Under the pieces are notes generated by a model that ran no database searches, had not been told where the DNA came from, and saw only the letters and a program-made list of their open reading frames with translations. Positions 18,066-26,879 of a stretch of DNA of 56,210 bases are shown here, one piece after another (position 1 is the stretch's first letter; every line of letters begins with the position of its first letter). Both the position numbers and the translations under genes were made by a program. The DNA is from a virus (taxonomy: Duplodnaviria > Caudoviricetes): positions 1-56,210 of the IMG/VR virus record IMGVR_UViG_3300020420_000018; one strand, given 5' to 3'.

Positions 18066-18565
18066 AATACTATACTATATCTAGTTCCTTTGATTATAGG
18101 TTCAATCATATAAGGATACAAAAAATTACTAGGAAAAAATACAATAGACCTTTCATCTAATTTAAATCTTTTAATTTCTTTTTCTTTTTGATCAGTAAAA
18201 ACTAAATCTCCACCTTCATAATCATTATTTAAATTTATAATAACACTAAGATTTCTAGTTATATAAGAACAATAATCTGTGTGAGTTTTGTATTCACAAC
18301 CAGGTGTGTATTTTAAAATATCTATTTGATTAATTTTATTACTAGCAATTTGAGGAAATTTAATTTTATAATGATAATATATTTTTTCTACTTCTTGTTT
18401 TATATAATTCCAATAAAAAATATCAGTGGGAGTATTAAGACTTAAGGAATATCCTCCACTTGTTAATTTTTTAAAAGCTTTTACATCTATAAGAGTCTTT
18501 ACTTTTTTACAAAAGGTAGGATCTATTATATTTTTTAATTCAACAATAGCTTCTAAATGGTCCAT
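18053..18565 (-). CDS. 2OG-Fe(II) oxygenase, possibly degenerate
   Basis: HTD, INLNNDYEGGDL, GTRYSIV present; the distal His position reads Y (FLYPYMI). Confidence 0.75.
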   Translation of the reverse strand: MDHLEAIVELKNIIDPTFCKKVKTLIDVKAFKKLTSGGYSLSLNTPTDIFYWNYIKQEVEKIYYHYKIKFPQIASNKINQIDILKYTPGCEYKTHTDYCSYITRNLSVIINLNNDYEGGDLVFTDQKEKEIKRFKLDERSIVFFPSNFLYPYMIEPIIKGTRYSIVLWLQ

Positions 18566-18612
18566 AATATTGCTACTTTCATTCTCTATAAAACTAATAT
18601 ATAAGCTACTAT

Positions 18613-20577
18613 ATGCTACAAAAATTAAATTTCAAGCCCGGTTTTAATAAACAAGACACTGAATCAGGGGCAGAAGGTCAATGGACAGATGGTGATTTTG
18701 TTAGATTTAGATATGGCTTACCTGAAAAAATAGGTGGTTGGTTACAATTAACAGCTGCCGGTAAATCTTTACCTGGAGCTGGTAGAGCGCAAGTTGCATT
18801 TTCTAGTTTTGCTGGTGAAAAATATGCAGCTATTGGAACATCACAAGGTTTGTTTTTATATTATGGTAATGACTTTTATGATATTAGTCCGTTAGATACA
18901 GCCATTACTGGAGGCACATTAACAACTGTTAATGGATCTAGCACTATAACTATTAATAAAGGATCACATGGATTAGCTGTTGGAAGATATGTAACCTTAT
19001 CTGCAGTAACTGTAACAGGAGCTAGTGGTTATACAGCTACCGATTTACAAAAAGTATATGAAATTTTAACTGTACCTGACATAGATAAGTTTACTGTTCA
19101 AGCAGCAACAGTTGAAACAGGATCAGGTATGAGCGCAGCTGGTGCAGTCACTGTTAATCCTTACGTAATAGTTGGACCAACAACTCAGACAACTGGTTAT
19201 GGTTGGGGTACATCCACTTGGAACGTTGAAACATGGGGCACGGAACGATCTACAAGTTCTGTGGTACTAGATCCAGGAAACTGGAGTCTTGATAACTTTG
19301 GTCAAGTATTAGTTGCAACTATATTTAACGGTGAAACTTTTACATGGAATGCAGGGGCATCAAACGCTAGAACTATTAGAGCTTCAAAATCTACAAGTAG
19401 TTTTGCAACCACCAATAATCCTACAGCTAGCAGATTTACTTTAGTATCAGATAGAGATAGACACTTATTTCATTTTGGAACTGAAACAACAATTGGAACA
19501 CCAGCCACTCAAGATCCTATGTTTGTAAGATTTTCTAATCAAGAAGATTTAAATACTTATACACCAACAGCCACAAATACTGCTGGTACATTTAGATTAG
19601 ATACAGGTAACGAAATAAGAGCCGCACTTCAAGGTAAAGATTATGTCTTTGTTATAACTGATAATGCAGCTTATGTTATTCAATTTGTTGGTCCACCATT
19701 TACATTTAGTGTTAGACAAGTTGGTACGAACTGTGGATGTATTGGACAGCATGCAGCAACTTATGTTAATGGCGCTGTATTTTGGATGGGTTCTCAAGGT
19801 GGATTCTTTGCATTTGATGGTACAGTAAAATCATTACCTTGTCTTGTAGAAGATTTTGTATTTAGCACAGATGGCAGTAATCTTGGATTAAACTTTAATG
19901 CAAGTGATGTTATATTTTCTGGCTCTAATAATTTATATACAGAAGTAAATTGGTTTTATCCAAAAGCTGGATCTTCACAAATTGATAGATGTGTAACTTA
20001 TAATTATGCTGAGAACTGTTGGACAACGTCATCACTAGATAGAACAACGTATGCAGATCAGGGTGTATTTGATAATCCTTATGCAACCGATTATGATGAT
20101 AGCGCAACACCAGTTTTCCCTAGCATTCTTGGTATTACTAATAAATATGGATCTAGTATTTACTATGAACATGAGGTCGGCACTGATCAAGTTAATAGCG
20201 TTGCAACTACAGCTATTCCTGCGTTTATAAGATCTGGAGATTGGGATATTACCTCTAGACGTAGTGCTCTTGGTCAACAAACAGGTGTTGCAGATTACAG
20301 AGGAGATGGTGAATTCTTTATGGCGGTTAGACGTTTTATACCTGATTTTAAATATCAAACAGGAGATGCGCAGATTACTTTGTTTGTAAGTTCTTATCCA
20401 GACGACGTAGCTGTTAGTTCTCCACTTGGACCCTTTACAGTTACCGCAGCAACTGATAAGATAGATACCCGAGCTCGAGGTAGATTACTGTCTGTTAAAA
20501 TAGAAAACGATGGCACAGGTGAAACCTGGAGATATGGAACACTAAGATTAGACGCACAACCGGATGGTAGAAGATAA
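18613..20577 (+). CDS. Tail nozzle / tubular protein B (P22 gp10-like)
   Basis: 654 aa; DGDFVRFRYGLPEKIGGW, WSLDNFG, C-terminal WRYGTLRLDAQPDGRR. Confidence 0.7.
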   Translation: MLQKLNFKPGFNKQDTESGAEGQWTDGDFVRFRYGLPEKIGGWLQLTAAGKSLPGAGRAQVAFSSFAGEKYAAIGTSQGLFLYYGNDFYDISPLDTAITGGTLTTVNGSSTITINKGSHGLAVGRYVTLSAVTVTGASGYTATDLQKVYEILTVPDIDKFTVQAATVETGSGMSAAGAVTVNPYVIVGPTTQTTGYGWGTSTWNVETWGTERSTSSVVLDPGNWSLDNFGQVLVATIFNGETFTWNAGASNARTIRASKSTSSFATTNNPTASRFTLVSDRDRHLFHFGTETTIGTPATQDPMFVRFSNQEDLNTYTPTATNTAGTFRLDTGNEIRAALQGKDYVFVITDNAAYVIQFVGPPFTFSVRQVGTNCGCIGQHAATYVNGAVFWMGSQGGFFAFDGTVKSLPCLVEDFVFSTDGSNLGLNFNASDVIFSGSNNLYTEVNWFYPKAGSSQIDRCVTYNYAENCWTTSSLDRTTYADQGVFDNPYATDYDDSATPVFPSILGITNKYGSSIYYEHEVGTDQVNSVATTAIPAFIRSGDWDITSRRSALGQQTGVADYRGDGEFFMAVRRFIPDFKYQTGDAQITLFVSSYPDDVAVSSPLGPFTVTAATDKIDTRARGRLLSVKIENDGTGETWRYGTLRLDAQPDGRR

Positions 20578-21167
20578 TGGAATTTTTTTTTAACCCTGTA
20601 ACAGGTAGAGTAGAACAAAGACAAGTTAATAACAATTTACCATTTAGATCAATGACTGAGTTGGCTAGTGAAATTAATCAATTTCCTTTTTTACCTCCTA
20701 GTCCTACAGTTCCTTTAGATGCATTTAAAAATACTGTAGCACCTATGGCTGTAAATACAGGAATTAATAACACTATACCGGCGGCTATGTTTTTAGATAA
20801 TGCTGGTCTTCCAGCTATTGATACTTCATTTGGCGTTGCTAATGAAGAAGATGTTGAAGAATCAAAAAAACGAACATCTGGAGGAGGAATAGCAGATTTA
20901 TTTAGAGCTATTTTAGGTTTTGCTGTGCCTGGTTTAGGTTTACTTACAGGTGGTTTGGATGGTATTAAAAGTTTAAATCAAAGATTACGTAGCACTGATT
21001 TTGCAAGATCTAGCACTGGAGCAGAATATTTTCAAAAAAGAAGAGATAGAAAAGCTAGAGAGGATGCTGCTAAAAGAGGAGCAGCAAAACAAAAAGCAAT
21101 AACTCAAAGAGAGGCGGCCCCAGGATTCTCAGGATCAGGGACAGCTGCAGAAATGGGTAGTTTCTAA
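20577..21167 (+). CDS. Hypothetical protein
   Basis: 196 aa, TAATG-coupled at both ends. Confidence 0.65.
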   Translation: MEFFFNPVTGRVEQRQVNNNLPFRSMTELASEINQFPFLPPSPTVPLDAFKNTVAPMAVNTGINNTIPAAMFLDNAGLPAIDTSFGVANEEDVEESKKRTSGGGIADLFRAILGFAVPGLGLLTGGLDGIKSLNQRLRSTDFARSSTGAEYFQKRRDRKAREDAAKRGAAKQKAITQREAAPGFSGSGTAAEMGSF

Positions 21168-21331
21168 TGGCTAAAGTAACAAACTACATACCTGAACCCA
21201 AACAAGAATACGATGTAGAAAACCAAAGACAGATACTTGAATCTTTAACCACACTACAAAATCAACTTAATTTTTCTTTTCAACAAGATTTAAAAAACGA
21301 ACAGGACACATTCAATTATTTTTTATCATGA
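21167..21331 (+). CDS. Small hypothetical protein (54 aa)
   Basis: Hand-translated MAKVTNYIPEPKQEYDVENQRQILESL...; TAATG and ATGA overlaps. Confidence 0.7.
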   Translation: MAKVTNYIPEPKQEYDVENQRQILESLTTLQNQLNFSFQQDLKNEQDTFNYFLS

Positions 21332-21669
21332 GTATAAATTATAAAAATGCTAGTATTGTATTAGCTAATACAAATATGACTACAGTTCTAAGTATACCTG
21401 TAACTGCTGTAGCAATTGTAAAATCTGTATATGTATCTAATAACAGCACCGGAGCTGTGTTGGTTAATTGTGATTTAAGAGATAGTTCAGCTACTCAAGA
21501 TGTAGAATTTTTTAGAAAAGACGTACCTGCGACTAGCACTGTAAACGCAACAGAACAAGGGTTGAATTTAGAGGAAGGAGATGCTATAAAAGTTCAAGCA
21601 GAAACTGCTAGCAAACTTGAAATAGTTGTTAGTTATGCTTTAATAGATAGACAGAATGAAAATGGATAA
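21328..21669 (+). CDS. Small beta-rich structural protein
   Basis: 113 aa; AIVKSVYVSN...LNLEEGDAIKVQA. Confidence 0.65.
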   Translation: MSINYKNASIVLANTNMTTVLSIPVTAVAIVKSVYVSNNSTGAVLVNCDLRDSSATQDVEFFRKDVPATSTVNATEQGLNLEEGDAIKVQAETASKLEIVVSYALIDRQNENG

Positions 21670-21844
21670 TATAGTAAAAATAAATTGTACAACTATAACA
21701 ACATACAGAAATACAAAGACCGGCGAAATATATAAAGAGAAGAAAGAAGGACCTGATATTGTAGAAGACGTTACCGTGCAGGTAACTAATAAAGGTTTAG
21801 AAGTTTTTCAGAAAGTATTAAATGAAACCACTAAAAAAACTTAA
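21656..21844 (+). CDS. Hypothetical protein
   Basis: 62 aa ORF in operon. Confidence 0.6.
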   Translation: MKMDNIVKINCTTITTYRNTKTGEIYKEKKEGPDIVEDVTVQVTNKGLEVFQKVLNETTKKT

Positions 21845-22337
21845 TATATTATCTATAGATTGTGATTGGATAACAAATTTAAAACAACAAGAGGAACTTT
21901 TAAGTTTCGCAATACCTATAATTTACAATCATACAAATATAAAAACTGCATATTCTCATAAAGATATTTATCCATTATTTGTTCATGGTTATGATGAATA
22001 TAATTTAATAAACATAGATCATCATCATGATTTTCATTACCATAAAGAACTTAATATTTTAAATGAGGGAAATTGGTTATTTCATTTATCAAATGTATTT
22101 AAAAACAAAATTGATTATACATGGATATCTAATCCTAATTCTACTCACATTGGTCTCGATAATTTAAAAAATTTAAAATCTTTTATTTTTGATAACAATA
22201 TTAATTATATAAAACAAAAAACATTTGATGTAATATTTGTATGTTGTAGCCCTGATTATGCTACGACACCTGAGGTTATTACTTCATATAAAATTATGGA
22301 AAGGATAGTAAATGATATTAAGAAACCAAAACCCTAA
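21822..22337 (+). CDS. UPF0489-like putative metal-binding protein
   Basis: LSIDCD, NIDHHHD, EGNW, CCSPDY motifs. Confidence 0.55.
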   Translation: MKPLKKLNILSIDCDWITNLKQQEELLSFAIPIIYNHTNIKTAYSHKDIYPLFVHGYDEYNLINIDHHHDFHYHKELNILNEGNWLFHLSNVFKNKIDYTWISNPNSTHIGLDNLKNLKSFIFDNNINYIKQKTFDVIFVCCSPDYATTPEVITSYKIMERIVNDIKKPKP

Positions 22338-23259
22338 AGGCGGAACAGAACTACAATTCGAGTACTTAGAAAAGTACGTCGATAAAAATTTATTAGATCA
22401 AGTGCAAATTTGCACTTCGGTTCCAGAAAAAATACCTTTACATCCAACTAAACCAAACATACTTTGGCAAAAAAATTCTTATGATCAACCTAACCTAGCA
22501 CCTTGGTTTAGTGATCCTTCTAATCATAATAAATACGATTGGTATGTTTTTAATTCACATTGGACATATGAAAAATTTAGATTTCATTTTAATATACCAA
22601 CTAATAGATCTGTAGTTATTAAAAATGGTATTGATAAAATAGAAAAAGCTAAACCTTATGTGAAAGGTAAACCTGTAAAAATAATACATCAAAATACACC
22701 TTGGCGTGGTTTATCTGTATTGTTAGGTGCAATGCAATTAGTAAAGAATCCTTTAGTTACTCTAGATGTATACTCCTCTACAGAAGTTTATGGTCAAGAC
22801 TTTTATGATAAAAACGATCATAATTATAAAGAGCTTTACGAACAAGCTAAAAAATTACCTAACGTAAATTATATTGGTTATAAACCTAATCAATATATAA
22901 AAGATAATTTAAAAAATTATCATATGTATGTTTACCCTAGTATCTTTGAAGAAACATTCTGCATATCTTTGTTGGAAGCTATGGCTGCAGGTTTATATTG
23001 CATTGTAGATGACTATGGGGCTTTGTATGAAACAGGGGCAGAGTTTCCTATGTATATTCCATACGATCAGAATCACAGAGCTCTTGCTCAAAAGTTTGGT
23101 TTTGGTATAGAACAAGCATCTTATACATTAGATCAAAAACAAATACATGATCATTTAGATTCACAGTCTAACTACGCGCATATTTATTACAATTGGAATA
23201 AGATTGCTATGCAGTGGACCACTTTTTTAAAAGGAGTCATTAATGCAAAATCCGAATAA
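22312..23259 (+). CDS. Glycosyltransferase (GT-B/GT4-like)
   Basis: GGTE N-terminus; YPSIFEETFCISLLEAMAAG (E-x7-E motif). Confidence 0.85.
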   Translation: MILRNQNPKGGTELQFEYLEKYVDKNLLDQVQICTSVPEKIPLHPTKPNILWQKNSYDQPNLAPWFSDPSNHNKYDWYVFNSHWTYEKFRFHFNIPTNRSVVIKNGIDKIEKAKPYVKGKPVKIIHQNTPWRGLSVLLGAMQLVKNPLVTLDVYSSTEVYGQDFYDKNDHNYKELYEQAKKLPNVNYIGYKPNQYIKDNLKNYHMYVYPSIFEETFCISLLEAMAAGLYCIVDDYGALYETGAEFPMYIPYDQNHRALAQKFGFGIEQASYTLDQKQIHDHLDSQSNYAHIYYNWNKIAMQWTTFLKGVINAKSE

Positions 23260-24100
23260 ACCAATTTGGTTTGGTCAAGAAAGTATTGTGGAAACAATAG
23301 ATCTATCAGATCCTAAACCAGAGTTTAAATCACCTTGGAAAATAATGGTTTGTACTCCTGTACATAGTGAGTGTTCTATTCATTACACACAAGCTTTATT
23401 AAAATTTCAACAAGATTGTTTAATGAGAAAGATATTAGTTAGTTTTACTTTAATGAAATCGTCTTTAGTTACTCAAGGTAGAAACCTGTGTGTAGCTGAA
23501 ATGTTAAACCATGAAGATGGTTATACACACTTATTATTTATAGACTCAGATATTGACTTTGATTTTGGAACTATTGAGACAATGTTAAAAGCAGATAAAG
23601 ATGTTATTGCATGTCCATATCCAATGAAATCATTAGACTGGGAAAAAATATTTCAACAAAAAGATAGAGCTAAGACTATAGATGATTTAAAAAAACCTGG
23701 ATATACCTTTCCTATTAAATTAGAAGATCAAAATTATATACCATCAGATGGTGGTATTGTAGAGGCAACACACGCTCCTACGGGCTGTATGTTAATTAAA
23801 AGAACTGTATTAGAAAAGATGATAAAACAATATCCTGAGTTAGAGATATTTCAACCCACTAATATTAATGGTAAAGAGGTTAAAAAACCAAACTTTTACA
23901 ACTTCTTTGATACTTTGCATAACACAGAAACTAAACAATATTTCGGTGAAGACTTTGGTTTTTGTCAAAGATGGAGAGATATGGGTGGTAAAGTATATTT
24001 ATATATCATGGATTATATAACTCATGTAGGTGAACATCAGTTCTGTGGAAGGTTTTTTGACAACTTAAAACTGGTTGACGATAGTAAAAAAATCAAATAA
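23243..24100 (+). CDS. Glycosyltransferase-like protein (GT-A fold)
   Basis: THLLFIDSDID DxD motif; TGCMLIKR; GEDFGFC. Confidence 0.7.
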   Translation: MQNPNKPIWFGQESIVETIDLSDPKPEFKSPWKIMVCTPVHSECSIHYTQALLKFQQDCLMRKILVSFTLMKSSLVTQGRNLCVAEMLNHEDGYTHLLFIDSDIDFDFGTIETMLKADKDVIACPYPMKSLDWEKIFQQKDRAKTIDDLKKPGYTFPIKLEDQNYIPSDGGIVEATHAPTGCMLIKRTVLEKMIKQYPELEIFQPTNINGKEVKKPNFYNFFDTLHNTETKQYFGEDFGFCQRWRDMGGKVYLYIMDYITHVGEHQFCGRFFDNLKLVDDSKKIK

Positions 24101-24103
24101 AGT
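24075..24103 (+). promoter_or_regulatory. Putative sigma70 promoter for internal virion genes
   Basis: TTGACG-17 bp-TAAAGT upstream of ORF 24156. Confidence 0.6.
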
Positions 24104-24155
24104 GTTATATTTCAGGAATAGTACGCCTGCCTCTTAACTAAATTTAGACATAATT

Positions 24156-25184
24156 ATGGCAATAACTAACACATCAAAATCAAAAGAATTCGTAGCAGGG
24201 TCATCACCTATTATATTAAAGGGTGATTATAGACGTAAAGAGCCAGAGACAAAGATGGCTTCTGCACCAGATATAGATGATTCAAGAAATGAATTATCTC
24301 TACAATTATTTGGTAAACCTTTAAAACTATTAACCCCTGAAGAAATGGATATGCTTAATAATGAAGCTGAAAGACTTATGCAAAAGTTTATGGCCGATGG
24401 CGGTAGAGCACAATACGGTTTAGGTAGTCTTGTTAAGTCAGTTAAGAAAGCTGTTAAAGGTGTAGTTAGAGGTGTTAAAGATAATCCTTTACTAGCCGCA
24501 GCTGCTTTACAATTTGCACCTGCTCTTATACCGGGGGGAAAATCAATGTTGTTTGGTGGAGCCAATTCTGTATTTGGAAATCCTTTAAGTCTTTTAAATT
24601 TATCTGGAAAGAAAACAGGTATGGATGCAGCGATAGACGCATTAAAAGTAGGTGGAGCTGGTGCAGCGATCACAGGTTTATTATCTAGTATGGAACAACA
24701 AGAAGGTGAATCAGATATAGATTTTGCTAACAGACAAGCACAAGTAAAAGATCAACTTAATGTACAATTTAAAAGATTATATCCTCAAGAAGGCAACGAG
24801 TCCGATGAAGATTATAATATAAGAATAACTGCTATGGTAAACGCAGCTGATGATTCTACAATACCTGTAGGAGAAATGGCTGAAGGTGGTAGAGTTAGTA
24901 GAGCGATGGGTTCAGATGATAAAGTAGAAATGGCATCAGACATCGAGGGCCTACCTATTAACGTTAATTCTAAAGGAGTTAAAGAAGTAGATTTAAGAGA
25001 AACAGGTGGATTTATACCTCCAGTTGGTATAAAAGAAAAGGCTGACGATATTCCAGCAATGTTATCGAACAACGAATTCGTATTCACTGCAGACGCAGTC
25101 AGAGCTGCTGGAGGCGGTAGTGTAAACAAAGGGGCTCAAAGAATGTATGACCTCATGAAAAATTTAGAGAGTAAGGTAGTATAA
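24156..25184 (+). CDS. Internal virion/ejection protein (putative)
   Basis: MADGGR/MAEGGR motifs, hydrophobic G/A segment, ADDIPAMLSNNEFVFTADAV C-terminal domain. Confidence 0.55.
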   Translation: MAITNTSKSKEFVAGSSPIILKGDYRRKEPETKMASAPDIDDSRNELSLQLFGKPLKLLTPEEMDMLNNEAERLMQKFMADGGRAQYGLGSLVKSVKKAVKGVVRGVKDNPLLAAAALQFAPALIPGGKSMLFGGANSVFGNPLSLLNLSGKKTGMDAAIDALKVGGAGAAITGLLSSMEQQEGESDIDFANRQAQVKDQLNVQFKRLYPQEGNESDEDYNIRITAMVNAADDSTIPVGEMAEGGRVSRAMGSDDKVEMASDIEGLPINVNSKGVKEVDLRETGGFIPPVGIKEKADDIPAMLSNNEFVFTADAVRAAGGGSVNKGAQRMYDLMKNLESKVV

Positions 25185-26029
25185 TGGCAGAAATTTCAAC
25201 AGTACAAAATTTACCAGCACCGTTTATTGAAGCGGCAGGTAAAACGTATTTAGCAGATTTACAATCGGCCATTGGTGGTTTAAAAGGAGCAGACTTAACT
25301 AAAGTAATGGGACCACAATTTGTGGCTCCAACTTCAGCCATTACACAAGAAGCTCAAGCACTAAGAAGTGGTCTTGGTTCTTTTGCACCTTTCTTACAGA
25401 CAGCAGCTACCCAAGCTGGACAAGCAGGTCAATTTGTAGGACCACAAGCTTATCAACAATTTTTATCTCCATTTCAACAAGATGTAATTAAAACTACTTT
25501 AGACGAGTTTGATATACAAGCTCAAAAAGGTTTACCTGCATTAAGAGCACAAGCGATTAGTGCTGGTGCATTCGGTGGTGGTAGAGAAGGTGTTCAAAGG
25601 GCAGAGTTCCAAGCAGCGAGCGACAGGAACCGTGCAGCATTACAAGCACAATTATTACAACAAGGTTTTGGTCAAGCACAAAATGCTGCAGCTCAAGCGT
25701 TTGGTCAACAACAAGCCTTAGCTCAACAACAACAAGCTTTAGCTACTCAAGCACCACAATTATTTGGTCAACAAATTTCAGCATTAGGTGCGTTGGGTAC
25801 TCAACAACAGGCACAAACTCAAGCCGACTTAGCTGCTAGACAACAATTAGCTTTTGCACAACAACAACAACCGTTAAATTTGGCTCAACAACTAGGTCAA
25901 GGTGTTACAAGTTTAATAGCTGGATACCCAGCACAATTCCAAACTCAATCGACACCTACACCTTCACCATTGCAAACAGCCCTAGGAGCTGGAGCTACAC
26001 TAGCGGGGGTATACAGGGCGTTTAGTTAA
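25184..26029 (+). CDS. Q/A-rich internal virion (DNA ejection) protein
   Basis: AGAFGGGREG, QQGFGQAQ, C-terminal hydrophobic LGAGATLAG as in podovirus ejection proteins. Confidence 0.6.
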   Translation: MAEISTVQNLPAPFIEAAGKTYLADLQSAIGGLKGADLTKVMGPQFVAPTSAITQEAQALRSGLGSFAPFLQTAATQAGQAGQFVGPQAYQQFLSPFQQDVIKTTLDEFDIQAQKGLPALRAQAISAGAFGGGREGVQRAEFQAASDRNRAALQAQLLQQGFGQAQNAAAQAFGQQQALAQQQQALATQAPQLFGQQISALGALGTQQQAQTQADLAARQQLAFAQQQQPLNLAQQLGQGVTSLIAGYPAQFQTQSTPTPSPLQTALGAGATLAGVYRAFS

Positions 26030-26030
26030 T

Positions 26031-26876
26031 ATGAGAACTTTTAAAAGACCTATGTTTAGAAAAGGTGGCACTACCGGTGGTGGTATCATGGACAACGTTG
26101 TTGAAAGAGGACAATACGCTGAAAGTAATATTAAAGATTTTTCTATTAAAGATAAAATAAATTTAGTAGAAAGTCTTGGAGGATCTGACTCAGGTCTTGG
26201 AGATCCATTAACACAATTCTTATTACAGATTGGCCCACGTATTGGAACAACCACAGGTGGAGGTGGATTAATTCCAAATCTATTAGAAGCTTCAAAAGAA
26301 CCTGTGGCTGATTTAATACAATCTCAAAGAGCTAGAAAAAAAACAAGACAAGCAATTGGTTTAGAGTTTATTAAAGATTTATCTGACTCAGATAAAATAG
26401 CCTTACAAGAAAAAATAGAATATTTAATGTCAGAAGAAGGTGGTGGGTTTAGTAAAGACAAAGCATTTAACATGGCTTTACCTGAGTTTAGAAAACCTAA
26501 AAATCCTCAAGATGTAGAAAGAGATGAACAGTCTCTTAAAATACAAGACATTATAGATGTAACATCAACAAGATCAGGTCCTACATTAACAACTAACCAG
26601 GCCAATCTTATTTTTAATGATGAAACAAAATTATCTAAAGCAAACCCAAAAGCTTACAATAGTTTTTTAAGAACATCGTCTAAAGACAAATACGTATATA
26701 AAAATGATGAATACGAAGGTGATATTAATTCTGAAGCTGGAGCAACTCTTAAAGATAATTCTATCTTAAGCTCTCTTCCAGAAAACACATATGTTTATGA
26801 TATTACAACAGGTAATTTTATTTATAGACAAGGTAAACGAGTACTTAAATTAGACCTAGATATACAGGAGGATTAA
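26031..26876 (+). CDS. Putative internal virion protein
   Basis: RPMFRKGG N-terminus; within the ejection gene cluster. Confidence 0.55.
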   Translation: MRTFKRPMFRKGGTTGGGIMDNVVERGQYAESNIKDFSIKDKINLVESLGGSDSGLGDPLTQFLLQIGPRIGTTTGGGGLIPNLLEASKEPVADLIQSQRARKKTRQAIGLEFIKDLSDSDKIALQEKIEYLMSEEGGGFSKDKAFNMALPEFRKPKNPQDVERDEQSLKIQDIIDVTSTRSGPTLTTNQANLIFNDETKLSKANPKAYNSFLRTSSKDKYVYKNDEYEGDINSEAGATLKDNSILSSLPENTYVYDITTGNFIYRQGKRVLKLDLDIQED

Positions 26877-26879
26877 ACC

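Noticed and set aside
25600-25900. CAA-rich tract as a DNA repeat element
   Set aside because: Explained by Gln/Ala-rich coding sequence of the ejection protein
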